Positions 14,637 through 24,178 of a stretch of DNA of 32,000 nucleotides are shown piece by piece (the stretch's first letter is position 1; the number at the start of each line of letters is the position of its first letter). The notes below the pieces were generated by a model, which was not told the DNA's origin, searched no databases, and was given only the letters and a program-made list of their open reading frames with translations. The DNA comes from Propionibacteriaceae bacterium. Lineage in GTDB: Bacteria; Actinomycetota; Actinomycetes; Propionibacteriales; Propionibacteriaceae. Location: assembly GCA_031256725.1 (NCBI GenBank), contig JAIRQE010000019.1:120001-152000 (forward strand), read 5' to 3'. The translations under genes and the position numbers were made by a program.

Positions 14637-16937
14637 ATGACCGCTACCTCAACCCCCATGATCTCCCAACGTGTCCAGGAACTCATGGCAACCATGACCC
14701 TGAAAGAGAAGCTTGCTCAACTTCAAGGGATCTGGTTAAGCGCCCATGAGGGTGGTGTCGTCGCCCCTACAATGAATGCTCAAGGACAACTGGTTGCAGA
14801 GTATGAATCCTTCTCACAATCAGGCCTGGGGCACCTCACTCGCATCTATGGTACAAAACCGCTCACCCCTCGACAGGGTTTGGAAACTGTCATCTCACGC
14901 CAACGCTGGTTAGCTGATCATACTCGTCTACGGATTGCTGCCTTAGTACACGAGGAATGTCTGACCGGACTAGCCGCATGGACAGCCACGACCTTCCCCA
15001 CTCCCCTCGCTTGGGGAGCAACCTTTGATCCCGACCTTGCTCATGACATGGGTTCAGCAATCGGTGAGACCATGGAAGCCCTCGGCATCCATCAAGGTCT
15101 GGCTCCCGTCTTGGATGTCATTACCGACCCTCGCTTCGGACGAGTCGAAGAATGTATCAGCGAGGACCCGTACGTCATCGCAACCATCGCAAAAGGATAT
15201 ATTGAAGGGATCCAGAAACACGGCCCATTAGCCACTTTGAAGCATTTCATTGGGTACTCAGGATCCAAGGGCGGACGCAATCTGGGACCTGTTCATGCAG
15301 GGTGGAGAGAGATCGAAGACCTCTACATGCTCCCCTTTGAGGTTGGGATCTTGGATGCCGGTGTAGGTTCAGTCATGAACGCCTATCCCGACATCGATGG
15401 TGTACCAGTCGCCGTTCATGAGTACCTTCTTACAGGGATCCTCCGTGACCGTTGGGGATTTACTGGTACCTGTGTGGCTGATTACTTCGCTGTCGCCTTC
15501 ATCATGGAACTCCATCAGGTGGCTGAGAACCTCGGCGATGCTGCCGCCCAAGCTCTTAAGGCGGGTATAGATGTGGAACTCCCCACAGGCAATGCCTTCC
15601 GCGAACCCCTAGAAACCTGGATTGAAACCCATCCCGAAACCCTCCCGTGGATTGATCGTGCACTAGCACGGGTCCTCACTCAAAAAGAAGAGCTTGGCCT
15701 ACTCGACATCGACACCGTCATCTCTACGTTGGAATCCAAACTTGAGCAGGTACCCGAAACTCTGGATCCTCCCGCTCATCGCCAGGTCGCCCGAAGGATC
15801 GCTGAGGAATCAGTAGTCCTCCTCGATAATTCCGCAGGGTTACTCCCCCTAGGTCCCGAAACCTCGATTGCAGTCATCGGTCCCAATGCTGATCGCCAAG
15901 CAGCACTCTTCGGGTGTTATTCCTTCGTTAATCATGTCCTCGCTCATAATCCTGGGGTACCCTCCCATATTGAGGCGCCCACCATCCTTGAAGCCCTCTC
16001 TACAGAGTTCACTCACGTCAGTTATGCACAAGGGTGCTCTGTACGCGATCAGAACACTGATGGTTTCGCTCAGGCAGTGAGCCTCGCAGAATCCGCTGAT
16101 GTTGTCATAGCAGTCATGGGTGACCAATCAGGCCTCTTCGGTGAAGGTACCTCCGGTGAAGGATGCGACACTGACTCCCTCAACTTGCCAGGAGTACAAG
16201 AACAACTCCTTGAAGCCCTCTATGCCACAGGTACACCGGTTGTACTCGTTGCCGTGACTGGACGCCCCTATGCACTCGGCCCTCTAGCCTCCAAGGCCAA
16301 AGCCACTGTTCAATCCTTCTTCCCAGGCGAGGAGGGTGCTTCCGCCATCGCAGGAGTACTCACTGGTCGAGTCAATCCTTCGGGTCGCCTCCCAGTATCA
16401 ATGCCCGCCTGTGTGGGTAGCCAGCCCTTCTCGTACCTCCATGCGAAACTGGGTGAACCCAGCGATGTCACTACTGTGAACTCCAAGCCCTGGCGACCCT
16501 TCGGATATGGTGAGTCTTATACCTCTTTCGAGTACACAGGTCTTCAGATCAGCGAGTCTGCGGCCACCGATGGTTGGATCCAAGCACAGGTACGAGTACG
16601 CAATACTGGGCAACGCGACGGATCAGAGGTTGTTCAACTCTATGGTCATGATCTCGTGGCTTCGATTGCACCACGATCTGTCCAACTCTTAGGGTACGCT
16701 CGACTGGATCTCGAAGCGGGCGCAGGGCGCGACATCACTATGCGTATCCCAGCAGCCCGATTCGCCTTCCACAATCGAGATATGAAACGTGTCGTCGAAC
16801 CTGGTGGAGTCGAGTTGTGGTTTGGATCCTCCAGTCAAGACGAGATCACAGCCCGTACCCTCGTTCACCTCACGGGCGGTATTGCTGAGGTCACCAAAGA
16901 TACACCCCGACTGGTTGAGGTAGTTCTGTCCTACTGA
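14637..16937 (+). CDS. glycoside hydrolase family 3 (beta-glucosidase/beta-xylosidase type)
   Basis: 766 aa from ATG 14637, with RBS AAGGAG. It carries GH3 strings (KHFIGYSG, and GFTGTCVADY with the putative nucleophile Asp) and a C-terminal Fn3-like domain (EVVQLY). Confidence 0.9.
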   Translation: MTATSTPMISQRVQELMATMTLKEKLAQLQGIWLSAHEGGVVAPTMNAQGQLVAEYESFSQSGLGHLTRIYGTKPLTPRQGLETVISRQRWLADHTRLRIAALVHEECLTGLAAWTATTFPTPLAWGATFDPDLAHDMGSAIGETMEALGIHQGLAPVLDVITDPRFGRVEECISEDPYVIATIAKGYIEGIQKHGPLATLKHFIGYSGSKGGRNLGPVHAGWREIEDLYMLPFEVGILDAGVGSVMNAYPDIDGVPVAVHEYLLTGILRDRWGFTGTCVADYFAVAFIMELHQVAENLGDAAAQALKAGIDVELPTGNAFREPLETWIETHPETLPWIDRALARVLTQKEELGLLDIDTVISTLESKLEQVPETLDPPAHRQVARRIAEESVVLLDNSAGLLPLGPETSIAVIGPNADRQAALFGCYSFVNHVLAHNPGVPSHIEAPTILEALSTEFTHVSYAQGCSVRDQNTDGFAQAVSLAESADVVIAVMGDQSGLFGEGTSGEGCDTDSLNLPGVQEQLLEALYATGTPVVLVAVTGRPYALGPLASKAKATVQSFFPGEEGASAIAGVLTGRVNPSGRLPVSMPACVGSQPFSYLHAKLGEPSDVTTVNSKPWRPFGYGESYTSFEYTGLQISESAATDGWIQAQVRVRNTGQRDGSEVVQLYGHDLVASIAPRSVQLLGYARLDLEAGAGRDITMRIPAARFAFHNRDMKRVVEPGGVELWFGSSSQDEITARTLVHLTGGIAEVTKDTPRLVEVVLSY

Positions 16938-17233
16938 AGGTCAGTACATACTAATCCTGCCCGAAACCCGCCACATTGGAGATTTCTTGGCCTCCACGAC
17001 GACGCGGCAGGGTTTTGGGTACGATTTGAGTACAAACCCCTACCGCGTCGATTTCGAGGCTGGTGTGAGGGGGACGTCCCCGGTGGGGATGGTTTGCGCA
17101 CCTGGTCATCAGGGGCTTGGTTTTTCGCCTGGAACTGGTCTGGGACGCTGGTGGTGACCGCGATCTGCATCGGGATGGTGAACCGCTCGGTGGCGGCGAA
17201 CCATAGGTCACAAATTGACCAGTGAGATTGCTT

Positions 17234-17302
17234 CAAATTAACTACTAAAGAACCTTTAAAGTAACTAATAGAATCTCTGCAAACCAACTAATGACATGAT
17301 AG
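17234..17302 (+). repeat. three imperfect 23-bp direct repeats upstream of the ATPase gene
   Basis: The core AACTA(C/A)TA/G occurs at 17240, 17263 and 17286, an exact 23-bp spacing. Each copy is preceded by AAA-n-n. The region is AT-rich and ends 10 nt before ATG 17313. Confidence 0.5.
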
Positions 17303-17312
17303 GTTTACCTGC

Positions 17313-18563
17313 ATGAAGTATCTAAAACGCCTTGTTGACGAGGAACTTGTACAGGCTCTTCGCCGATCCGGAGCAGTCCTGATCGAAGGGGCTCGTGGAT
17401 GTGGGAAAACTTCAACTGCGGAACGGGAGGCAGGCAGTGTTTTCCGCCTTGATACCGACCCGTTGACAGACCTCTACATGCAAACAGATCCTTCACAAAT
17501 GCTTGAAGGGGCATCGCCTCGACTGCTTGACGAGTGGCAAATACATCCAAAGATTTGGGATCTCGTGAGGCGGGCCGTTGATGATCGCCAGCGAAAGGGC
17601 CAATTCATCCTGACCGGTTCTGTAACCCCAGAGGATACGATTCGCCGCCATTCCGGCGCTGGACGATTCACAGTGATTCGAATGAGACCCTTGACTTTGT
17701 GGGAAGAAGGAAAAAGCGATGGGGAGGTGAGTCTAGGCCAGCTAAGAAAGACTTGTGAACTCCCAATGATGCAGTCACCACAACCAACTCTTAACGAATG
17801 GACCGAGATTCTCTGCCGAGGGGGATGGCCTGCCATGGTTGAAGCAGATCTGAGCGACTCCATGAGATACGTCAAAGATTATCTTGATCTGATTGTCAGC
17901 GTGGATGTGGGCATGACTTCAAGCAGAAAACGTGATCCTATCAGAATGACGCGACTGATCGCCTCCCTTGCGCGAAACACCTCGTCTGAAGCTTCAATCA
18001 ATACCTTGCGATCTGATGCAGGAGGACCTGATAATCCACTCGCCAGAGATACAACCTCGGATTACCTTGACATATTGGAAAGACTGATGGTGATTGAGCC
18101 ATTACCTGCTTGGCAAACTGCTCTTCGTGGTTCAGCGACCCTCAGACAAGCCCCCAAATGGCATTTCGTTGACCCATCTTTGGCTGTAAGTGCGTTGAGA
18201 GCTAACCCAGCGAAAATCCTGAAAGAGCCGAAGACACTCGGAATGCTATTCGAATCCCTGGCAATACGGGACCTAAGAACATATGCAGAAGCGGATGGTG
18301 GAGTCACTTTTCACGCACGTGACTCGGTTGGGCGGGAGGCAGACCTGATCATTGAATACTCGGATGGGTGGATGGCCTGCGAAATCAAGTTGGGCATGGG
18401 ACAAGCAGACCAAGCAGCTGAGTCCTTGACTCGATTTTGCGCAGCAGTTGATACGCAAACTGTCGGTCCTTGTCTAGGAAAAATCGTCATCGTAGGGAAT
18501 GGACCGGCATATCAAAGAAATGATGGGATTATGGTTGTTCCTTTGGCCAGTCTCCGCCAATAG
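17313..18563 (+). CDS. AAA+ ATPase with C-terminal DUF4143 (PD-(D/E)xK-like) domain
   Basis: 416 aa. Walker A is GARGCGKTS and Walker B-like is LLDEWQ. The C-terminal part has FESLAIRDL...READLIIE...ACEIKLG, a D...E-x-K nuclease-like motif. Confidence 0.8.
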   Translation: MKYLKRLVDEELVQALRRSGAVLIEGARGCGKTSTAEREAGSVFRLDTDPLTDLYMQTDPSQMLEGASPRLLDEWQIHPKIWDLVRRAVDDRQRKGQFILTGSVTPEDTIRRHSGAGRFTVIRMRPLTLWEEGKSDGEVSLGQLRKTCELPMMQSPQPTLNEWTEILCRGGWPAMVEADLSDSMRYVKDYLDLIVSVDVGMTSSRKRDPIRMTRLIASLARNTSSEASINTLRSDAGGPDNPLARDTTSDYLDILERLMVIEPLPAWQTALRGSATLRQAPKWHFVDPSLAVSALRANPAKILKEPKTLGMLFESLAIRDLRTYAEADGGVTFHARDSVGREADLIIEYSDGWMACEIKLGMGQADQAAESLTRFCAAVDTQTVGPCLGKIVIVGNGPAYQRNDGIMVVPLASLRQ

Positions 18564-18702
18564 TGAACGCCAGTAAATCCCACTGTTTGAGAATCATGGT
18601 AAAGCAGAAATGGGCTTCGACAAGGAAAAATGACAAGCCTGACAGTGTTCGGATAAAGTCGTATTTCCTCCACAATCATATTATCTTAATCATCCTATAG
18701 GT

Positions 18703-20061
18703 TTATTCCTCCAGCCATCCAGGGCCTGAAGGGTCTCCCTTTTCGGCCATTTGTACAGGTGTGGAACGCAGTTCAGAATCATCAAGGGCGAAGGTACGAA
18801 CCGGGCCGGGTCCGGTCTCAGCGGTCTCAAACCTCACGGTTACTAGGCCTCGTCCTGTTCCCCAGACCCATCCGGGACCATAGAGATCATGGGTAACATC
18901 ATCACCTGGGCGGTACCCCTGATAGGAGTGACGTACTGTTGCCTGGGGCAGTTCGATACGTGACTCGTCGCCACGAGCAGCGCTGATCTCGAAGAGAGCC
19001 TCCTGAGCTTGGGTCGTGAAGCCAGAGACACCGACACCGAGCAAGCGGATCCCATTGGCCAGCAGGTGATGCTGTTCGTGAAGGAGGGAGACTGCGACCC
19101 CTGCGATGGTTTCATCAGAGTCAACTGCACCCAAGAGGGTACGTGAGCGTGTGTGGATCGTGAAGTCTGCCATCTTCAGTTTTAGGGTGATCGTACGAGC
19201 GAAAAACCTGGCCTTACGCAGACGCTTGGCCACCATGATGGCATCCCTAATAGTGACAGGCTCAAGTTCCTCTAGGGTTCGTAGATCCTTGTCGAAGGTG
19301 TCCTCAGTGGAAATAGACTTCACCTCACGGGAAGCAGAAACACCGCGATCATCGTGGGCATAGGCTAAGGCGGTCAGCCACTCGGCTGTGAGGTTGCCGA
19401 GTTCGCGTCTCAACTCATTGGGTGTAGCCTCACGCAACTCTGCCACCGTTTTGATCCCTAACCTTTGGAGTCTTTCGGCGGTCGCAGGGCCGACCCCAGG
19501 GATAGCGCGTACGTTCAGGAAGAGAATGTGGTCGGCTTCTGTACCGACTTCAATGATCTTTAAACCATCAGGTTTGGCCTCTTCTGAGGCCAACTTCGCC
19601 ATGAACTTGCTTGAACCTATGCCCACGGATGCCGTGAGTCCCCCTGTAGTTTCGCGTACCTCGTGACGTAGATTCTCACCCAACCTTGTCAAAGCTTCAG
19701 CAGAGAAATCCGTGACTCCCCCAGCCCTCAGATCCACGAAGGCTTCATCAAGGCTTAGGGGTTCCACTAGGGGAGACAGTCCCTTTAAGATGGTCATCAC
19801 CTGCGCTGAGGCGATCCTATAGGGGTTGAAACGCCCGGACAGAAAAGCAGCATTGGGACACAGACGTCGAGCTTCATGGGTCGGCATTGCAGAATGTACA
19901 CCGAAGCGCCGAGCTTCATAAGAGGCCGTTGAGACGACGCCCCGACCAGAGACCCCACCGACGACCACGGGTTTCCCCCGAAGACTGGGTTTATCCCTTT
20001 GCTCGACTGCGGCAAAGAACGCATCGAGATCCAGGTGAAGGATGGATGCCTCAGACCGCAT
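18703..20061 (-). CDS. dinB: DNA polymerase IV (Y-family) with actinobacterial C-terminal extension
   Basis: 452 aa with ILHLDLDAFFAAVEQRD, SLDEAFVDL and an HhH region (IPGVGPATAERL). The C-terminal extension is an SH3/Tudor-like tail (GDDVTHDLYGPGWVWG..VTVRFET). Confidence 0.9.
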   Translation of the reverse strand: MRSEASILHLDLDAFFAAVEQRDKPSLRGKPVVVGGVSGRGVVSTASYEARRFGVHSAMPTHEARRLCPNAAFLSGRFNPYRIASAQVMTILKGLSPLVEPLSLDEAFVDLRAGGVTDFSAEALTRLGENLRHEVRETTGGLTASVGIGSSKFMAKLASEEAKPDGLKIIEVGTEADHILFLNVRAIPGVGPATAERLQRLGIKTVAELREATPNELRRELGNLTAEWLTALAYAHDDRGVSASREVKSISTEDTFDKDLRTLEELEPVTIRDAIMVAKRLRKARFFARTITLKLKMADFTIHTRSRTLLGAVDSDETIAGVAVSLLHEQHHLLANGIRLLGVGVSGFTTQAQEALFEISAARGDESRIELPQATVRHSYQGYRPGDDVTHDLYGPGWVWGTGRGLVTVRFETAETGPGPVRTFALDDSELRSTPVQMAEKGDPSGPGWLEE

Positions 20062-20608
20062 CTGAGGTCAGAGCCCCCAAAGCATCGACAGCGTCCGAAC
20101 CTATGCGTTCATAGGTGACAAAATCGAACTCATCCCTCGGCTCGCGGCTGGTTTGCCTCCAATGAACCGGGTCAATCTGGGGGAAGGTCACCTGCCCCTT
20201 AGGCGCCAGCCTGACCTCAGTTAGATCAAGATGGGTGGTGTAGGGCCACAGAACCCGATAGATCTCTCCCCCACCAATGGACCACCATCGCTGCTCAGGC
20301 CGTACAGCAAGCAGACGCCCGATCTGCTGAATCTGTGAGACTGACACAACCTCGGATCCTCTGGTATTGCTCGGTTTCCACAGCCTGCTCCTCGTCAAAA
20401 CGATAGAGGTACGCCCCGGAAGCGCGCCACCGAGAGAATCATAGGTACGCCGACCCATGATCAAGACCCCACCCATAGTCACACGCTTGAAGCGACCGAA
20501 ATCCTCTGGAAGATGCCACAAGAGTTGGTCACCATCCCCAATCACTGCGTTCTCACCCACAGCAGCGATAGCTGTCAGGGAAGGAAAGGGCCACTCACTC
20601 TTGATCAT
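20051..20608 (-). CDS. folA: dihydrofolate reductase
   Basis: Contains IAAVGENAVIG...LPEDFGRFKRVTMGGVLIMGRRTYDSL. The ATG at 20608 overlaps the thyA stop as TGATG, and GTG 20611 is an alternative start. The 3' end overlaps dinB by 11 nt. Confidence 0.9.
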   Translation of the reverse strand: MIKSEWPFPSLTAIAAVGENAVIGDGDQLLWHLPEDFGRFKRVTMGGVLIMGRRTYDSLGGALPGRTSIVLTRSRLWKPSNTRGSEVVSVSQIQQIGRLLAVRPEQRWWSIGGGEIYRVLWPYTTHLDLTEVRLAPKGQVTFPQIDPVHWRQTSREPRDEFDFVTYERIGSDAVDALGALTSDAV

Positions 20609-21402
20609 CACACTGCAATCGGGGCTGGTATCGCGAGTTCAGGATCGTACCCATCAACACGGATATCACTCAACTCGAAGGCATCAATATCTGTGACATC
20701 TGGGTTGATCCACAGTTGCGGAAGTACGCGGGGAGCACGACTCAACTGCAGTCGCGCCTGATCAAGGTGGTTGGTGTACAGGTGGGCATCACCGAAGGTG
20801 TGAACGAACTCCCCCACCTTGAGACCAGTGACCTGAGCAACCAGGTGGGTCAACAGCGCATAGGAAGCAATATTGAAAGGAACACCCAGGAAAACATCAG
20901 CCGATCGTTGATACAACTGACAGGACAGCTTCCCCTCCCCAACATAGAACTGGAACATCGTATGACAGGGTGGCAAGGCCATCTGATCCATATCAGCCAC
21001 ATTCCACGCCGACACAATATGTCTGCGTGAATCAGGGTTGGTACGGATCTGGTTGATCACCTGGGAAATCTGATCAATATGGCGGCCATCAGGGGTGGGC
21101 CAGCTACGCCATTGGTATCCATAAATCGGCCCCAAATCCCCGGATTCATCAGCCCATTCATCCCAGATCGTGATCTTGTTTTCGTGGAGCCAAGCAATAT
21201 TGGTGTCCCCCTTGAGGAACCACAACAACTCACCAAAAACGGATCGGATATGGATCTTCTTCGTGGTGACGAGGGGAAATCCTTGAGACAAGTCGAATCT
21301 CATCTGATGACCAAAAATGGATAGGGTCCCTGTTCCTGTCCGATCAGACTTCTCTACACCCTCATCGATGATGCGCTGTACCAAGTCAAGATATTGCTTC
21401 AT
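20608..21402 (-). CDS. thyA: thymidylate synthase
   Basis: 264 aa with [19 protein letters not shown], the active-site block [13 protein letters not shown], and DAHLYTNH. Confidence 0.95.
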   Translation of the reverse strand: MKQYLDLVQRIIDEGVEKSDRTGTGTLSIFGHQMRFDLSQGFPLVTTKKIHIRSVFGELLWFLKGDTNIAWLHENKITIWDEWADESGDLGPIYGYQWRSWPTPDGRHIDQISQVINQIRTNPDSRRHIVSAWNVADMDQMALPPCHTMFQFYVGEGKLSCQLYQRSADVFLGVPFNIASYALLTHLVAQVTGLKVGEFVHTFGDAHLYTNHLDQARLQLSRAPRVLPQLWINPDVTDIDAFELSDIRVDGYDPELAIPAPIAV

Positions 21403-21405
21403 AAC

Positions 21406-22146
21406 TCACGATCCATCCGCTGTCTGGATGATGCGACTTCGCGCAGCATGATGGGAATCCTGTGTACAACACCTGTCATCCCGCGCAGTACCACCGTCAT
21501 CCTGCGTGCCACCACTGTCATCCTGCGCGCAGACGCAGGATCCAACACAACAGGAAGCCAACTCTTCAATCCGGGGAATCATCGCCCTCAAAGCCCGACC
21601 TCGGTGGCTGATGGCATCCTTTTCCTCATCAGTCATCTCAGCAGTTGTCCGTGTTTCCCCTTCTGGGACGAAGATTGGGTCGTACCCAAACCCATGATCC
21701 CCGCGAGGAACCCGCGCAAGATTACCTTCAACGACTCCACGGACAACAATCTCCTGATCACCAGTGACCACAGCCATCGCACACACAAATCGCGCACTAC
21801 GACGCTCATCATCGACGTCTTCAATCTGGCGAATCAACAGATCAAGATTCACGCCATCACCCGCGTCACTACCAGCCCAGCGAGCTGATCGCACTCCTGG
21901 CATTTGATTCAGGACATCGACCTCAATTCCCGAGTCGTCGGCAAGGGTCACCAACCCTGTTTGATTAAACCCGACCCGAGCTTTGATCAGGGCATTCTCT
22001 TCAAAGGTTGCACCATTCTCAACAGGTTCAGGATAGGGCTCAACATTAGCCAAGCCCACAACCTCAACAGAAACCGACGCTGAATCAAGAATTCTCCTCA
22101 GTTCTGTGACCTTATGGGCGGAACCGCTGGCCAGAAGTAGCTTCAT
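21406..22146 (-). CDS. rdgB: non-canonical purine NTP pyrophosphatase (RdgB/HAM1) with atypical 49-aa C-terminal tail
   Basis: Contains LLLASGSAHKVTEL, FGYDPIF and ISHRGRALRAM. Family-like sequence ends near residue 197, but the ORF continues to residue 246 through a repeat array. Confidence 0.88.
   Translation of the reverse strand: MKLLLASGSAHKVTELRRILDSASVSVEVVGLANVEPYPEPVENGATFEENALIKARVGFNQTGLVTLADDSGIEVDVLNQMPGVRSARWAGSDAGDGVNLDLLIRQIEDVDDERRSARFVCAMAVVTGDQEIVVRGVVEGNLARVPRGDHGFGYDPIFVPEGETRTTAEMTDEEKDAISHRGRALRAMIPRIEELASCCVGSCVCAQDDSGGTQDDGGTARDDRCCTQDSHHAARSRIIQTADGS
21457..21541. repeat. phased 21-bp motif array plus terminal inverted copy (hairpin)
   Basis: ATCCTGYG-type motifs occur at 21457 (atcctgtg), 21478 (atcccgcg), 21499 (atcctgcg) and 21520 (atcctgcg). 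An inverted copy cgcaggat lies at 21534-21541. Together with the last direct copy it forms ATCCTGCG-cgcaga-CGCAGGAT. Confidence 0.85.
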
Positions 22147-22866
22147 TCAGGACTCCAAACTGAGTCGCTGGATCTCAGCCAACTGTGCACACCCCGCCAG
22201 TCCATAATCCATCAACATGTCGAGTTCCTTACGACTGAAGGGATCACCTTCCGCCGTACCCTGTACTTCGACAAGACGACCATCCCCAGTCGCAACGATG
22301 TTAAGGTCAACCTGGGCCCGCGAATCCTCTTCATAAGGCAGGTCAAGCATGGTCACACCATCAATGATTCCCACAGAGATCGCCGACACAGATCCAAGCA
22401 AGGGCTCCGAAACCAGTAGTTTGCGTTCCCTCAACCAGGACACCGCATCAGCCAAGGCCACATAGGCCCCTGTGATGGAAGCAGTACGCGTTCCCCCATC
22501 GGCCTGCAAAACATCACAGTCGATGTGGATCGTATTCTCCCCCAAAGCCTTATAGTCGATGATGGCGCGAAGACTGCGACCAATCAGGCGCGAAATTTCA
22601 TGGGTACGACCTCCAATGCGCCCACGTACAGACTCTCGATCATTGCGAGTCTCGGTCGCCCTAGGCAACATGGCGTACTCCGCTGTCACCCAGCCTTGAC
22701 CGGAATCCTTGCGCCACCTGGGCACCCCTGGTGTTACTGAGGCCGCCACGAGGACCTTCGTCTTGCCGAACTCGACCAAGACTGATCCTTCAGCAGCATC
22801 AAGCCAATTCCTTGTGATTCTTACTGGGCGAAGTTCATCCGCCTGCCTACCATCTGCTCTACTCAT
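22147..22866 (-). CDS. rph: ribonuclease PH
   Basis: 239 aa with [13 protein letters not shown] and [17 protein letters not shown]. It abuts rdgB and overlaps murI by 4 nt. Confidence 0.95.
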   Translation of the reverse strand: MSRADGRQADELRPVRITRNWLDAAEGSVLVEFGKTKVLVAASVTPGVPRWRKDSGQGWVTAEYAMLPRATETRNDRESVRGRIGGRTHEISRLIGRSLRAIIDYKALGENTIHIDCDVLQADGGTRTASITGAYVALADAVSWLRERKLLVSEPLLGSVSAISVGIIDGVTMLDLPYEEDSRAQVDLNIVATGDGRLVEVQGTAEGDPFSRKELDMLMDYGLAGCAQLAEIQRLSLES

Positions 22867-23690
22867 AGTTCCACCCTAACGTGCTCTAGAGACAATTCTT
22901 CACAGGCCTCTGCTGTACTCACAAAATCACCCAAGAGTCGCGAGGCAATCCGCGCAAACCTATCCGGGCTTCCAGTTGTCAGGAAACGTCTGATTCCCTG
23001 GGTCTTTGGGGCCAGCAAACCCTCCCGAGCCAAGAGAGCATAAGTGGAATTCGCGCACTCCTCAGCCGAGGACACCAACGTCACCTCATCACCAAGTACA
23101 TAAGAAATCACACCAGACAACAAAGGATAATGAGTACACCCCAAGATCACCGTGTCTGCACCATAATCAGTCACAGGCTCTAAGTACTCCTGAGCGACCC
23201 CCAACAACTCCTCACCACCAGTGATCCCAGCCTCAACAAACTCCACAAACCGTGGGCACACAGCCGTCATCAAATCCACACCCGTCGCCGCAACAGCATC
23301 CGCATAAGCCCCCGAAGTCGCTGTCGCTTGAGTAGAAAGTACTGCAATCCTCCCCTTATGAGAAACCCTCACTGCTCGACGAGCAGCCGGAAGTACCACC
23401 TCAGCCACAGGGATCGCGTACCTCTCACGGGCATCAGCCAAAACAGCCGAAGAAGCCGAATTACACGCAATGACAAGGGCTTTCACGCCCATATCGACCA
23501 GAGCATCCAAACACGCGAGTGCATACTGACGTACCTCCGCAATAGGACGCGGACCATAAGGGGCCCGAGCAGTATCCCCAAGATAAATAATGTCCTCACC
23601 AGGCAACTGATCCACAATCGCCCGAGCGACAGTCAACCCCCCAAACCCCGAATCAAAGATCCCCACCGGGGAATTCACCTTATTACTCAC
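22863..23690 (-). CDS. murI: glutamate racemase
   Basis: 275 aa with [21 protein letters not shown] and LGCTHYPLL. Confidence 0.95.
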   Translation of the reverse strand: MSNKVNSPVGIFDSGFGGLTVARAIVDQLPGEDIIYLGDTARAPYGPRPIAEVRQYALACLDALVDMGVKALVIACNSASSAVLADARERYAIPVAEVVLPAARRAVRVSHKGRIAVLSTQATATSGAYADAVAATGVDLMTAVCPRFVEFVEAGITGGEELLGVAQEYLEPVTDYGADTVILGCTHYPLLSGVISYVLGDEVTLVSSAEECANSTYALLAREGLLAPKTQGIRRFLTTGSPDRFARIASRLLGDFVSTAEACEELSLEHVRVEL

Positions 23691-24012
23691 CCTCCTATCG
23701 TAGAGGTTCAGTTACTCAGAGCAATCCTCAGGTTTGTATCGGACTGTGAAAACATGTGCAAGAATCTTCGTTTTCAGCCAAGTCTAGAATCTTGTCACTG
23801 TTTTCCACGCTGTGGTGGTCGAATACGGGAAACAGGTACAACTCTCTCAACCGACCGAAATTCGAGGGGTCATCTGCGATCAGTTGTTGTACGTGGTACC
23901 ACCCAACTCAAACCTAAGCTCCTAGTGGTGTGACGATGAATAAAAGACCACATACCCCCTGTTACTAGGGAAAATGGTGATTGTTGTTCTCCGCAAACAT
24001 AATCGATTGCCC

Positions 24013-24077
24013 CTCACTAATTTCTAGTGAGTAGTACATCTCGGCATCATTAGTTCCTCATGATTCATAGGAATCAT
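24013..24077. promoter_or_regulatory. two short perfect palindromes upstream of the MFS/cai operon
   Basis: CTCACTA-atttc-TAGTGAG lies at 24013-24031 and ATGATTC-atag-GAATCAT at 24060-24077. They sit 100-165 nt upstream of ATG 24179. Confidence 0.25.
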
Positions 24078-24178
24078 CACATCTGTGGGATGGGAGAGTG
24101 GCTCAGGCCCCGCATCATTGTGGAGAAACCCTTCTGGACGACTAGCAATGGCGCCCTGAGAACCACGAAAGGTCCACA

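Noticed and set aside
21394-21888. 164-aa plus ORF starting next to thyA
   Set aside because: It is antisense to rdgB and includes the repeat array, which gives a repetitive VILRATTVILRA translation. It has no RBS and no recognisable family.
23328-23933. 201-aa plus ORF
   Set aside because: It is mostly antisense to murI, which is clearly identified. Its sequence is low-complexity and basic.
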